A DNA stretch of 58,293 nucleotides from Pseudorhodoplanes sinuspersici (GCA_945862935.1 CAMBBO010000001.1:1-58293), one strand, 5' to 3'; positions 7,693 to 17,459 are shown, numbered from the stretch's first letter. Numbers and translations: made by a program. Notes: generated by a model not told the origin, from the sequence alone.

Positions 7693-9495
7693 CGTCGGCA
7701 TCGGGGCGCTCACGGGACGCGCCGCGACCACACCCGGAATTCCAATCTCTGCGCTCGGCTCTTCGCGCGCGAACAGGATTTCGTGCAGCCGCTCGCCGGG
7801 CCGCATTCCGGTGAACGTGATGTCGATGTCGCGGCCCGGCTCCAATCCGGACAGCCGGATCATGCGTTCGGCAAGATCGACGATCTTGACCGGGCGGCCC
7901 ATGTTGAGGACATAAACGGAAATATCCTTGCGCACCGCCGACATCGCATCGCTCGACGCCGTCATCACCAGATCGCAGGCTTCGCGGATCGTCATGAAAT
8001 AGCGGACCATGTCCGGGTGCGTGACCGTCACCGGGCCGCCCGCTTCGATCTGCGCCTTGAATTTCGGAACGACAGAGCCGTTCGACGCAAGCACATTACC
8101 GAACCGAACGGCGATCAGCCGCATCGAGGACTTTTCGGACTTCTGCGCGAATTCCCCGTCGAGCGCCTGGCAATACATCTCTGCGAAGCGTTTGGTCGCG
8201 CCAAGCACCGACACCGGCTCGATCGCTTTGTCGGTCGAGATCATCACCATGCCGGCTGCACCGGCCGCCACCGCCGCATCGGCCACATTGACCGAGCCGA
8301 ACACATTGGTTTTCAGACCTTCATCCCAATCGCGCTCGAGCAATGGCACATGCTTCAGCGCGGCGGCATGGAACACGATGTCGGGCTTGAAATCCGCCAT
8401 CAGGCGGAAGATGCGTTCGCGGTCGCGAATATCGGCAATGCGGCCTTCGATACTGCAATTGGATTTCTTCGCTGCGAGCGTTTCGAGAACCTGATGCAGC
8501 GATGGTTCGGAATTCTCGATGATGAGCAGGCGCGACGCACCAAAATTGACAACGCGGTCGCAAATTTCAGCGCCAATCGAACCGCCCCCGCCGGTCACGA
8601 CGATGGAGCGTCCTCCAAGGAATTGTTCGAGCCTTCGATAGTCGATGGTCACGCTCGGGCGCAGCAAAAGATCCTCGACATTGACCGGCGCGAGCCGCAG
8701 CGCCTCGCCACCTTCCTCAAGCGAGGGAAGCCTGCTGGTGACAAGGCGAAGCCTGCGCGCCTGCATCAGGATCGTTTCGGGCTTCGCATCCGGATCCAAC
8801 GCCGACGGCGTCAGGACGACCCGCATAATCGCGGTGCCGCGCGCCGCAAAGTCATTAACCGCGCTTTCGAGCGCATCGAAACCGCCGAGAACTGGCGTGC
8901 CGCGAATGGACTGACCGCGATCCGCCGACGATGGAGACAAAATGCCCACGGGCCGGATTTTTGTCACCGCACCATTCTCGACGGCGCGCAATAGAACTTC
9001 AGCGTCGGCAGCGCGGCCCAGGATAAGCGTCGGTACCGTATCCGCCGATGTCCGCGCATGATGCATCGTGCGCGTATAACGGAAATAACGATAGGCAATG
9101 CGTCCGGCCCCGAGGAAGAACATCTGCAGGAACCAGTAGAGAACGATCGTGGTCTTTCCGAAAAAGAAGGCACCCAGCACGTTCGGCGCGACGAGGATGT
9201 AATCGAGCACGAGCAGCGAGACCGTGAGGACGCTCGATGCCTTTACGATGTTGAACAGATCCGGCAGCGACGCGAAGCGCCACTTCGCCCGATAAAGATC
9301 GAATATCCAGTAAACGATACCGGCGTAGATGGCGAAGGCCGGCAGAAACCAGTAAAGGCCGTCCAGTCTCGTCTCAAGGCCCTGCCCTTCGAAGCGAATA
9401 TAAAAGCTCGCAAGAATGGCCACGACCGTTGCCAAGAGATCGTGGGCGATGACCAACATTCTGCGTGACGTGAATTGCTGGAGCGAGAATGGCAT
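7582..9495 (-). CDS. capD: Membrane-bound nucleoside-diphosphate-sugar 4,6-dehydratase (CapD/WbpM/PglF family)
   Basis: 4 N-terminal TMs; TGGGGSIG, FHAAALKHVP, ISTDKA, VRFGNVLASNGSVVP, RYFMTI, GMRPGERLHE. Confidence 0.9.
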   Translation of the reverse strand: MPFSLQQFTSRRMLVIAHDLLATVVAILASFYIRFEGQGLETRLDGLYWFLPAFAIYAGIVYWIFDLYRAKWRFASLPDLFNIVKASSVLTVSLLVLDYILVAPNVLGAFFFGKTTIVLYWFLQMFFLGAGRIAYRYFRYTRTMHHARTSADTVPTLILGRAADAEVLLRAVENGAVTKIRPVGILSPSSADRGQSIRGTPVLGGFDALESAVNDFAARGTAIMRVVLTPSALDPDAKPETILMQARRLRLVTSRLPSLEEGGEALRLAPVNVEDLLLRPSVTIDYRRLEQFLGGRSIVVTGGGGSIGAEICDRVVNFGASRLLIIENSEPSLHQVLETLAAKKSNCSIEGRIADIRDRERIFRLMADFKPDIVFHAAALKHVPLLERDWDEGLKTNVFGSVNVADAAVAAGAAGMVMISTDKAIEPVSVLGATKRFAEMYCQALDGEFAQKSEKSSMRLIAVRFGNVLASNGSVVPKFKAQIEAGGPVTVTHPDMVRYFMTIREACDLVMTASSDAMSAVRKDISVYVLNMGRPVKIVDLAERMIRLSGLEPGRDIDITFTGMRPGERLHEILFAREEPSAEIGIPGVVAARPVSAPMPTIRAWIAMLESALAKDDRTAIYRVLREAVPDFRGEAA

Positions 9496-9615
9496 TCGCA
9501 GTCCCGAAAAGCTTGATTTCTAATGGTCATAACGGCGTTCGAGCGAGGGCGCCAGCCCGCCGGAGATAAGTGTGCATCGCCCTTGATCAGATAAGTTCAG
9601 ACACGCGCGCTAGCC

Positions 9616-9858
9616 TTAGCTTTTACCGCGCCGGTATTTGCGCAAACGAACACCGGCGCCACCGCCGTTTTCTTCAATGAATTCGGCGCCTGCTTTTTCA
9701 AGTGCCTGTTTAATTACTGCGATCGTTTCGGGCGTAAGTCTTCGTCTGCCTCTTTCAAAGTCGACAATTGTCGAAAGGCCAAGCCCAGCAGCCTGTGAAA
9801 GCTCTGGCTGCGTCAAGTCTAACAGGGCACGGGCACCCCGGCATTGGGCGGGCGTCAT
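9616..9858 (-). CDS. XRE-family HTH transcriptional regulator
   Basis: MTPAQCRGARALL..TQ.ELSQAAGLGLSTIVDFERGRR..ENGGGAGVRLRK, a typical rhizobial XRE. Confidence 0.9.
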   Translation of the reverse strand: MTPAQCRGARALLDLTQPELSQAAGLGLSTIVDFERGRRRLTPETIAVIKQALEKAGAEFIEENGGGAGVRLRKYRRGKS

Positions 9859-9862
9859 TGAA

Positions 9863-9917
9863 TCAACATTTTATGTTGACTAGAGCTTGACTAATCGTTA
9901 CCAACATAAAATGTTGA
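9863..9917. promoter_or_regulatory. Paired palindromic operators in the divergent XRE/yqaJ promoter
   Basis: TCAACAT-TTT-ATGTTGA (9863-9879) and CCAACAT-AAA-ATGTTGA (9901-9917); possible -35 TTGACT (9876) and -10 TACCAA (9899) with 17-nt spacing. Confidence 0.75.
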
Positions 9918-9941
9918 ATACAAAAAACCGGAGGCGATCAA

Positions 9942-10760
9942 ATGGTGCATAGCAAAAAGGCTCCCTTGAAGATTGACCGGAAACGTTATCTCGGCGGATC
10001 GGACGCACGCGTGGTTATGGGACAAAACCAAAGCGATCTTTTACGACTTTGGCAAGAAAAACGCGGTGAAGTTGAAGCAGCGGATTTGTCAGGAGCCTTA
10101 ATTGTCCAACTTGGAAGCGTGACCGAAGATCTTAATCGCACTTGGTATGAGCGGCAAAGCGGCCAAGCGATCAAAGACGTTCAAAAACATTTCATACATC
10201 CAGTTTTGCGCTGGATGGGAGCAACTGTTGACGGTGTCATTGCTTCAAACGACGCAGTCTTCGAAGCAAAATTCATGCTCCCTTGGTCGTTCTCTGAAGA
10301 GGGCGCCGTGCAAAAACACATGGCTCAACTTCAGCACAACATGTGGGTGACAAATTCCAAACTGTCGGTCCTCTCGATCATCACGGGCGGCGGCAAATGG
10401 ATTGAAATCCACATTCCGGCCGACCCAATATACCAGCATCTCCTTCTTACAGCGGAGAAAAAATTCTGGCGCTGCGTCGAAACCGGCGAATCTCCTCGGC
10501 TGTTCGGAATAGAGCCTCCACGGCCGGCCATCAAACCGGTACGGATTGTGGACATGGATGCCTCGAATTCATGGGCCGAATTCGCCGCGCTTTTTAGGAC
10601 GACACGCCCTGCTTTTCTTGATCACGAACGCGCCAAGGGAGAGCTTAAGGCTCTGTTTCCGAGCGACGCTAAGGAGGCGATTGGCCATGGCATCCGCGCC
10701 AAGCGGTCCGCCTCGGGGGCAGTCACCTTCGACGTTTTGGAGGTGGAGCATTCCTCATGA
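9942..10760 (+). CDS. YqaJ-family viral recombinase exonuclease (lambda-Exo-like)
   Basis: [19 protein letters not shown] (PD-(D/E)xK), QLQHNM; SD GGAGG. Confidence 0.9.
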   Translation: MVHSKKAPLKIDRKRYLGGSDARVVMGQNQSDLLRLWQEKRGEVEAADLSGALIVQLGSVTEDLNRTWYERQSGQAIKDVQKHFIHPVLRWMGATVDGVIASNDAVFEAKFMLPWSFSEEGAVQKHMAQLQHNMWVTNSKLSVLSIITGGGKWIEIHIPADPIYQHLLLTAEKKFWRCVETGESPRLFGIEPPRPAIKPVRIVDMDASNSWAEFAALFRTTRPAFLDHERAKGELKALFPSDAKEAIGHGIRAKRSASGAVTFDVLEVEHSS

Positions 10761-11842
10761 CAACGACAAGTGCATCCGTCGGAGCACTGGCTGAAGCTTT
10801 GGCGAAGGCGCAAATCGAACTCATAAACCCGGAACGGTCCTTGGTTGGAAAGATTGAACGGACCGGTTCGCAATCGTCGCAATCGCAAACCTTCCGCTAT
10901 GCGTCACTCGCAAGCGGCCTAGAGATCATACGAAAGATTCTGGGCAAGCATGGCCTCGCCATCGTGCAGACCACGCTGATTGATCGGGCGTGCGGCTTGG
11001 TCAACCTGCAAACCATGATCACTCATGCGTCCGGTGAATGGATCGTTTCCGAGTGGCCCGTTTGTTCAATCGCGGACCGGGCCACACCACGCAGAATGGG
11101 CGCGGCTCTAACTTATGCCCGTCGTTACGCACTGTTTACACTTGTCGGAATAGCGGGCGAGGACGATCTCGACGCACCGGACCTCAACACCACGGAAGCA
11201 CTTAATGGAAACGCTCTCCCGACAAAGATCGAAAAGGCGAGCGTGAAGACGTTAAATAGGGATTCCACAAGTGTTGTCGATGCGGGCACATCGGCGGTCT
11301 TGCTGAATGACTTGATGAATCAATTATTGGATTGTGCGTTTCGCAACGACATGACCGCCGCTGCCACGCTGATCCTAAAGCAGCGCCACCGCCTCACTGC
11401 CGACGATGCGCAAATTCTACAGCATGCCTTCGAGAAGGAACTAACGGGGCGACGGAACAGAGTGCCTGACATTCCATTGGCCCCCAATGCAATTTCGGAC
11501 ACGCCGACCCAGCTTCCCACCACCATCGACAAGAGCGTCCTTACGATTTCCGCGCCGAAGCGGTTTCGTGACAAAGGTCATCTGAAGTTCGTGGCTTCAC
11601 ACCCTTGTCTCGTATGTGGACGACGACCTGCTGATGCTCATCACTTGAAGTTCACACAACCGCGCGCGCTGGGGCGCAAGGTCAGCGACGAATGGACCGT
11701 ACCCTTGTGTCGAACTCATCATCGTGAATTGCACCGATCAGCCAGCGAACCGGCGTGGTGGCAGAAATCGCGTATCGAACCCCAAACAATCGCTCGTCAG
11801 CTTTGGGTGCAATCACGAAATCGCACCGAAAAGGGGAACTGA
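10757..11842 (+). CDS. ERF-family single-strand annealing protein fused to C-terminal DUF968/HNH-like Zn domain
   Basis: [33 protein letters not shown] (ERF); [27 protein letters not shown]; ATGA coupling to yqaJ. Confidence 0.85.
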   Translation: MTTTSASVGALAEALAKAQIELINPERSLVGKIERTGSQSSQSQTFRYASLASGLEIIRKILGKHGLAIVQTTLIDRACGLVNLQTMITHASGEWIVSEWPVCSIADRATPRRMGAALTYARRYALFTLVGIAGEDDLDAPDLNTTEALNGNALPTKIEKASVKTLNRDSTSVVDAGTSAVLLNDLMNQLLDCAFRNDMTAAATLILKQRHRLTADDAQILQHAFEKELTGRRNRVPDIPLAPNAISDTPTQLPTTIDKSVLTISAPKRFRDKGHLKFVASHPCLVCGRRPADAHHLKFTQPRALGRKVSDEWTVPLCRTHHRELHRSASEPAWWQKSRIEPQTIARQLWVQSRNRTEKGN

Positions 11843-11978
11843 AAACTCCGTGCAAACGTGTTTGATCTTAGGGCACCGGAGACATGAGAATATTCTGAAA
11901 TCCCTATGTTTGACGCCGTTAAATATCTATACTTCCCGGCATCCGTCCCGCATCATTGCAGCCATTGAGGGAGCTTTT

Positions 11979-12380
11979 ATGACTGCGACAATGTCGAAGG
12001 CGCTTTCCATCTTGGCCACGTTGGGAACATCGGTGTTCCTGATGTTTGCGATACCGCACTCCCCAGCGAAGGCTCAATACTGCGGCGTAGGCCCCGCCGG
12101 TCCAATCCCGCCCGGTGGATACTGGCATTACGGCCGGTTCTACGATTGCAGCCCCGGCCGCGTACGAGGTGGTGGGGGTCGCGGCGATTATGGTTGCGGC
12201 TTCGGCCCAGCGGGGGCCATTCCACCAGGGGGCTATTGGCACTACGGCACATTCTATGGGTGCAATGCGGCGCCACAGCGAGGCAGCGGAGGCGGTTATG
12301 GATGCGGCGTCGGTCCGGCAGGTCCCATTCCTCCGGGAGGATACTGGCACTATGGGCGCCTTTATGCTTGCCCAAGGTAG
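11979..12380 (+). CDS. Secreted 133-aa protein with three Cys-bounded Gly/Pro/Tyr-rich 23-aa repeats
   Basis: SD GAGGGAG before ATG 11979; signal peptide ending AKA|Q; repeats CG(V/F)GPAG(P/A)IPPGGYWHYG(R/T)(F/L)YxC. Confidence 0.75.
   Translation: MTATMSKALSILATLGTSVFLMFAIPHSPAKAQYCGVGPAGPIPPGGYWHYGRFYDCSPGRVRGGGGRGDYGCGFGPAGAIPPGGYWHYGTFYGCNAAPQRGSGGGYGCGVGPAGPIPPGGYWHYGRLYACPR
12081..12371 (+). repeat. Three 69-nt coding repeats (12081-12149, 12195-12263, 12303-12371)
   Basis: Near-identical in amino acids, diverged mostly at synonymous positions. Confidence 0.9.
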
Positions 12381-12914
12381 TGAAGGGTTCAGAGTTCCAT
12401 CGATCGCAGATGGCCGCCCCAATTGGCGGTCATTTTCGTTAGAGGAGTCGGCAACCATTTCAAATTGTATCGAACTTAGTAACCAACGCGCTCGAAGATA
12501 ATTGCAATTTCTCGGTCCACACATCATCTTTTTCGGACCGTATTTGAGACAGCGATTGTCATCCACCATAGTGACATCGCTTCTCACGTATGAAGGCTTG
12601 GACTGAAAATGTCGGCGAGTTCCTTGGCAGCACCCCGCCAGGAACGATCGAGGCAGAGCCGCTCGATACACCCTCGAGCTGCATCAGACGAGCATAAATA
12701 AGGTCCGCCTCGGGTGGATCGATAAGTACCGAACAGCAAGCGTTTCTCTCTCTATTTGAGAAACGCGGGTTTCGGCGGAGCAGAACGCTCGCGAAACTTT
12801 CATCAGAAGATCAACCGGCTCTATCATTTGATAGCGCCTGCGTTGGCCCGAGGAACGTGCAGAGAGCGCGCGTCTCTGCTCGCTCGCGCCGACGACCAGC
12901 ATGTGGAACATTAG

Positions 12915-13538
12915 ATGCATAATCTGAAAAGATCCGACTTTGCTGCTTCTAAATGCCCCGAATTCTTCAACCAACCGGCCATCTTAAGCAGCGAAAGTGT
13001 GGAGGAATACAACTCGCTCCTTACGGAGGTTCTGGACTATATCGACCCTCAGAACATCATCGAGCGGATGCTGGTGGAAGATATCGTTGCTTTCGCTCGA
13101 GATATCCGATTCTACAACCGCGAAAAGATCGCAGGAATCGATCGCAAGTATCGAAGCACCAAGGAAATCACGCTTAAACGAAAGGCCATCGATACCGAAC
13201 TCAAGGAGAAGCAAGCCGACGATGTTCAGCGAATGGCGGAGGGTGTCAGCCTAACCAAAGCCCTGGCTGAACGACTTCAGCTTGTTCATGAGACCGTCGA
13301 CGACATTGACGGACTCTTGACGCTACCTACGCCCGGGAACCACTCAGCCGCTCTTGAAGGTAGTATTCTCTACCACGAAAGGCTGGACAGACTTCTCAGC
13401 ACAGCGATAGCACGGCGGAACGACGCTTTAAAAATGATCGGCCTTTGCCACGAGCTAATTCGCCCGAGAGCGCGTTACATTATCGAGCAGCTTAGCCGTC
13501 AAAGCGACTCTGAACAGCTTGCCTCGCCGGAGCCGTAA
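12915..13538 (+). CDS. Hypothetical helical protein
   Basis: 207-aa ORF; PAILSSESVEEYNSLL..PQNIIERMLVEDI resembles the helical region of STGPRT-motif hypothetical proteins. Confidence 0.65.
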   Translation: MHNLKRSDFAASKCPEFFNQPAILSSESVEEYNSLLTEVLDYIDPQNIIERMLVEDIVAFARDIRFYNREKIAGIDRKYRSTKEITLKRKAIDTELKEKQADDVQRMAEGVSLTKALAERLQLVHETVDDIDGLLTLPTPGNHSAALEGSILYHERLDRLLSTAIARRNDALKMIGLCHELIRPRARYIIEQLSRQSDSEQLASPEP

Positions 13539-13543
13539 GTGAC

Positions 13544-14221
13544 ATGGCTTCCGAAAGGAAAATTCAGGCCAGTCGCATCAATGGCAGAAAAAGCCGGGGA
13601 CCGCGCACCTCATCGGGGAAAGCGCGGTCCAGCCGCAATGCATCTCGTCATGGCTTGGCTACCATCAGCTACCAGAATCCGGTCCATCACTCAGACATCG
13701 AGCGGATGGCCCGGGCCATCTGCGGGTCGGATAAAAACGACCTGCTATTCGAGCAAGCGCTTATCATCGCCGAAACTCAATTGATCTTGAACAGCACTCG
13801 TCTGGAACGAGTATTCTCGATTGAGCGATGCCAGGCAGGTGCGATTGCTCTGTCTACTCCGCTTCGAAAGAGGCTCGCGCTTGCGAAGATACGCCTGAAC
13901 GAGAGCAAGGCGGCATTCGAAGAGGCTGTCCTGCTGTGCGAAAAGTACCAGGTGCCGTTGGACGGTATGAAGGCTGCATTCGATGAGCGGCATGAATCTA
14001 TCATCATCGAACCCGCCGGCAGATCTCCATTGCGCGAAATGGAAATTATAGACGCAGTGCTGTCTGCACTGTCCGATCTCGATCGTATCGAGCGATACGA
14101 AAGGCGAGCGTGGTCGCGTCGAAAACGAGCGATCAAAACATTCTTGAAAATTAAACGTGCTGCTGAAATTCACTTATCCGAAACGACGGATATTCACGTT
14201 GAAGCCTCGCCCTCGCCATGA
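13544..14221 (+). CDS. Hypothetical protein with basic N-terminal NxRKSxGPRTxxGKxRSxxNAxxHG motif
   Basis: MASERKIQASRINGRKSRGPRTSSGKARSSRNASRHGL; C-terminal LDRIERYERRAWSRRKRA. Confidence 0.75.
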   Translation: MASERKIQASRINGRKSRGPRTSSGKARSSRNASRHGLATISYQNPVHHSDIERMARAICGSDKNDLLFEQALIIAETQLILNSTRLERVFSIERCQAGAIALSTPLRKRLALAKIRLNESKAAFEEAVLLCEKYQVPLDGMKAAFDERHESIIIEPAGRSPLREMEIIDAVLSALSDLDRIERYERRAWSRRKRAIKTFLKIKRAAEIHLSETTDIHVEASPSP

Positions 14222-14311
14222 GAGCCATTTAACCCATTAACTTTTCGTTAACCATAGTGAGGCCCAGCACTGATTTTTGGCAGAACGAACCCAACACAAG
14301 AAGGCCGCGTT

Positions 14312-15373
14312 TCAACGTGAAGCAAGCGCTTGATCGACCGCCAATAACACAACGTTGAGCGGCATTTCATCGAGGCAACGGCTATAGCTGCCAAGGTTTC
14401 GCTCGCAGCCCTCAAGCTGACATGGGACGCATGGCATGTTGTGCTGAATGAGCCAGACATTGTTGCGGCGCTGGACGATCCCAGATTTCGCCCAATTTTG
14501 TTTCAGGCCCGCCTTCGGCCACGGCCCCCACAACACAGGATCGGTCGGCCCGTAGAGCGCGACTGTGGGGCAGCCCGTCGCTGCGGCAAGGTGGGTGACC
14601 GATGTGTCCGGTCCAACGTAAATTTCCGCCCCGGCAATCAGCTCCGCAAGCTCACGCCAATCGAGCTTGCCGTCCTTCCTGACGACGACTCCGTTTTCGC
14701 TACCCCAAACATCATCCAGATAGCGGCGTTCATTCTCGGCCGGCCCGCCGGTTGCAAACACCTGCAAGCCTCGTTGCAAAAGCGCTGCTGCAAGCGAACG
14801 CCAGCCATCGGCCGTCCATTGCTTGTAACGAAACATCGGCGCGGCGTGCACGACCGCGTAGGCTCCGGACACCACCGGCTTCTGAGAAGGCGGTTCTGGC
14901 AATACGACTTCGGCTATTGGCGCGATACCAATTGCTTGCGCCAGCGCAAGCATCTGCGGAACGCGGTGCAGGCGTTGCCCGGCGGGAATAGATCGATCCA
15001 ATGCAAACGCTTTAATTTTCCCGCTGAGCCTTTGCTCGACGGGCGCAATCCGGATATGGCCCGCGACGATTGCAAAGAACGTTGGACGGTCCCCGGCCTG
15101 CGCCGAGATGGCGAGAGCGTATCGGCGCCACAGCCGCATCGCGAGCGCAAGGCTTTGCAGCGCGCCCGGACGCTGCGGCATCGTCACGATGTTTTCAATG
15201 TCGGGATTGCCGTGAAGAATGCCGGCTGTGTCCGCGTAAACCAGCACGTCGATCCGCGCATCCGGCCATGCGCGCTTGAGGCTGCGTATCAGCGGCGTGG
15301 TCAGCAACACATCGCCCAGCCGCTGCAGCACGACGACCAGAATGCACGCCGAGGGCGGAAGATCGATGAGCAT
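14312..15373 (-). CDS. Glycosyltransferase family 9 (heptosyltransferase-like)
   Basis: Start ATG 15373 (TGATG overlap); LGDVLLTTPLIRSLK, KQW, GPDTSVTHLAAA, ALYGPTDP..WGPW. Confidence 0.9.
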   Translation of the reverse strand: MLIDLPPSACILVVVLQRLGDVLLTTPLIRSLKRAWPDARIDVLVYADTAGILHGNPDIENIVTMPQRPGALQSLALAMRLWRRYALAISAQAGDRPTFFAIVAGHIRIAPVEQRLSGKIKAFALDRSIPAGQRLHRVPQMLALAQAIGIAPIAEVVLPEPPSQKPVVSGAYAVVHAAPMFRYKQWTADGWRSLAAALLQRGLQVFATGGPAENERRYLDDVWGSENGVVVRKDGKLDWRELAELIAGAEIYVGPDTSVTHLAAATGCPTVALYGPTDPVLWGPWPKAGLKQNWAKSGIVQRRNNVWLIQHNMPCVPCQLEGCERNLGSYSRCLDEMPLNVVLLAVDQALASR

Positions 15374-16638
15374 CAACGGCCGCCGCGCCGCTTTTTCGAC
15401 GCGGAAATCGGCGAACCGCGAGATTGCGCCAGCACAGCACCGCCTGCGATTCCCACGCCGAACGCATAAATCCAGCCATGCGTGAAATCGAACAGATGCG
15501 TATTGAACAAAGATCCGACGATATTCTGCGCAACCACCGCGAGGCCCGCGAACCCGGCTACTCCATGCGCGCGAACGAACACCGCGAAATGCGCTATCCA
15601 CATCGCCCAAAGCAGGATCGCCCCGGCAAGGCCCAGTTGAATTGCAACCGCAAAGGTCTGGTTGTGCGGATTGTCCGTGACCTCGAACGTCGTCCCAGTC
15701 TTGTCGATTGCCGCGCGCTGGTACATTTCGCGGATCGACCCGGTGCCGTGCCCGATAAGTGGAGCGTCGCGAACAATGGCAAGACCTTTCGACCAGAAGT
15801 CGATGCGGTCGCCTGCGGATGTTCTCGTCCCGGCAGAACGGAATTGCTGAATCTCGGTCGGCAGGCTCGAAAGCCGTTCGCGCATGAGCGGGGATAGAAA
15901 CCAGACTGCGATGACGGCGCCAATGCCTGCGACGACCATCGCGGCGCGAATTTTACCGGTGCATCGAGTCACGACAATAAGCGCAAGCAACGCGGGCAAG
16001 GTCACCAGCGCCGTGCGGCTCGTGGCAACATAAAAAATGTTCGAAAGGAATAATACGCCAAGCAGCGCGAAGGCTGCGGCCAATGGCCATCGCCCTTCTT
16101 TTGCGCGCTGGAGCGCCAGATACAAAGCACCAAATGCCGCGAGCGTGAACTCCGCGCTTTGCGCGATGTAATCTTTGACGGGCACACCGAGGGATTTTGT
16201 TGTGCTCCACACCATTGATGGCACCGCCGCAATGAAAAAGGAAACGGCAAGCAAGGCCGTGGCCGACGCCAGATATGCGCCCAGGGGCCAGAGGCCGCGT
16301 TCCGACGTTCGAAACTGCGCGAACAGCAGAGGAATAACCAAAAGCTTGAGAAAGGATTCAACGCCGCGCCATCGGTCAACGAACGTAACGTCGGCCCAGA
16401 GCATGCCAAGCCCACCGAGCACGACCAAGGCAACCGGAAGCCCGCCCGCCGGAGTCATGATCTCGCGGCGCAAAGCCTGCCAATCAAGCGACGGGACGAG
16501 TGCGACCAACCACAGACCAACCGTGATGCTCGTTCCAGAACTCGACCAAGGCAGTGTTATCGCAACGGCGACTGCTAGATAATCCGCCGCGCGTGCCCAA
16601 GCGGCGCGGTCGAAACGAATTGCGCTGACCGCAGTCAT
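15373..16638 (-). CDS. O-antigen ligase family protein (WaaL/Wzy_C)
   Basis: Multi-TM; TSRTA, TSAGDR..FW, PLIGHGTG, NPHNQ. Confidence 0.85.
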   Translation of the reverse strand: MTAVSAIRFDRAAWARAADYLAVAVAITLPWSSSGTSITVGLWLVALVPSLDWQALRREIMTPAGGLPVALVVLGGLGMLWADVTFVDRWRGVESFLKLLVIPLLFAQFRTSERGLWPLGAYLASATALLAVSFFIAAVPSMVWSTTKSLGVPVKDYIAQSAEFTLAAFGALYLALQRAKEGRWPLAAAFALLGVLFLSNIFYVATSRTALVTLPALLALIVVTRCTGKIRAAMVVAGIGAVIAVWFLSPLMRERLSSLPTEIQQFRSAGTRTSAGDRIDFWSKGLAIVRDAPLIGHGTGSIREMYQRAAIDKTGTTFEVTDNPHNQTFAVAIQLGLAGAILLWAMWIAHFAVFVRAHGVAGFAGLAVVAQNIVGSLFNTHLFDFTHGWIYAFGVGIAGGAVLAQSRGSPISASKKRRGGR

Positions 16639-17459
16639 GATGTGCCCGACATTGCAGAGAGCCCGGCGCGAGCGCGAGACTTTTCCCCGGCGACGACACC
16701 GCCAAGAAGACGGTCGTTATTTTCAAGGCGCGACCGGTCCGCTTCCCGGTGCCACAGATGAATGACTCCCGTGGCGAAGATGCCGTGTTTGCGCCGCACG
16801 CCGGCGTGAATGAGGCGCACTAGCAGATCGGAATCCTCTCGCCCCCAACCATCGTACTCCGCGTCGAAACCATCGACGCGATCGAGGTCGCGCCGCCAGA
16901 TTGCGAGATTGCATGAACGCGCGCCGCGCCACGTCTTCGGTTGCATCTTGCGGAGCGCGCCAAGCGGAAGCGGCAACAGAGGCGCGAGTCGATTGACACC
17001 GCCCTTAAACCGATGCCCGATCCAGCCTGACAACGACCAGCATTCGGGTTGCAAGGATTCGCCCAGTACCTGCGCAGTCAATTCCTTCGACAGAAGCAGC
17101 CGGTTTCCGGTTACGAACCAGCCCGGCTCGGCCAATCGCCGATGTGCTGCGACGAAGTCCGGGCGCACGATGCAATCGCCATCGAGAAATATGCAATATG
17201 CACCCGACGATTTCAGCACCGCCAGATTGCGAATGCGCGCCGCGCGAAATCCCTTGTCTTCGTGCCACACATGTTGAAGCGGAAAGCCGATCTTGGTCTT
17301 CCATCGCTCGACCAGCGCAGCAGTTGACGAGGCCGACCCGTCATCGGCAACAACGATCTCGAAGTCACGGTCGCGCTGGCGCGACAGCGAACGCAGCACG
17401 GCGTCGAGCGCATCTTCGCGATTGTAGGTCGTGACGATCACCGAGATGCGGTCAGCCAC
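16635..17459 (-). CDS. Glycosyltransferase family 2
   Basis: ISVIVTTYN, VADDGS, FLDGDC, GWGREDSD. Confidence 0.9.
   Translation of the reverse strand: MADRISVIVTTYNREDALDAVLRSLSRQRDRDFEIVVADDGSASSTAALVERWKTKIGFPLQHVWHEDKGFRAARIRNLAVLKSSGAYCIFLDGDCIVRPDFVAAHRRLAEPGWFVTGNRLLLSKELTAQVLGESLQPECWSLSGWIGHRFKGGVNRLAPLLPLPLGALRKMQPKTWRGARSCNLAIWRRDLDRVDGFDAEYDGWGREDSDLLVRLIHAGVRRKHGIFATGVIHLWHREADRSRLENNDRLLGGVVAGEKSRARAGLSAMSGTS

Larger units (their letters stand above)
9616..14300. mobile_element. Integrase-free genomic islet / phage-ICE remnant
   Basis: More AT-rich; phage-type recombination genes and hypotheticals interrupt a co-oriented LPS gene run (GT9 to capD); boundaries approximate. Confidence 0.6.

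Noticed and set aside
12081-12371. Possible CRISPR array or DGR template/variable repeats
   Set aside because: Repeats are in-frame, 69 nt and diverge at synonymous sites without an adenine-specific pattern; no cas or reverse transcriptase gene is in the window.
11919-12671. 250-aa and 132-aa minus-strand ORFs over the repeat gene
   Set aside because: Shadows; only the plus frame has an SD, a signal peptide and synonymous-site divergence.
9540-14340. att-like direct repeats bounding the islet
   Set aside because: Only a 7-nt CTTGATC match (~9582 and ~14329) was found, which is expected by chance; no tRNA or integrase.
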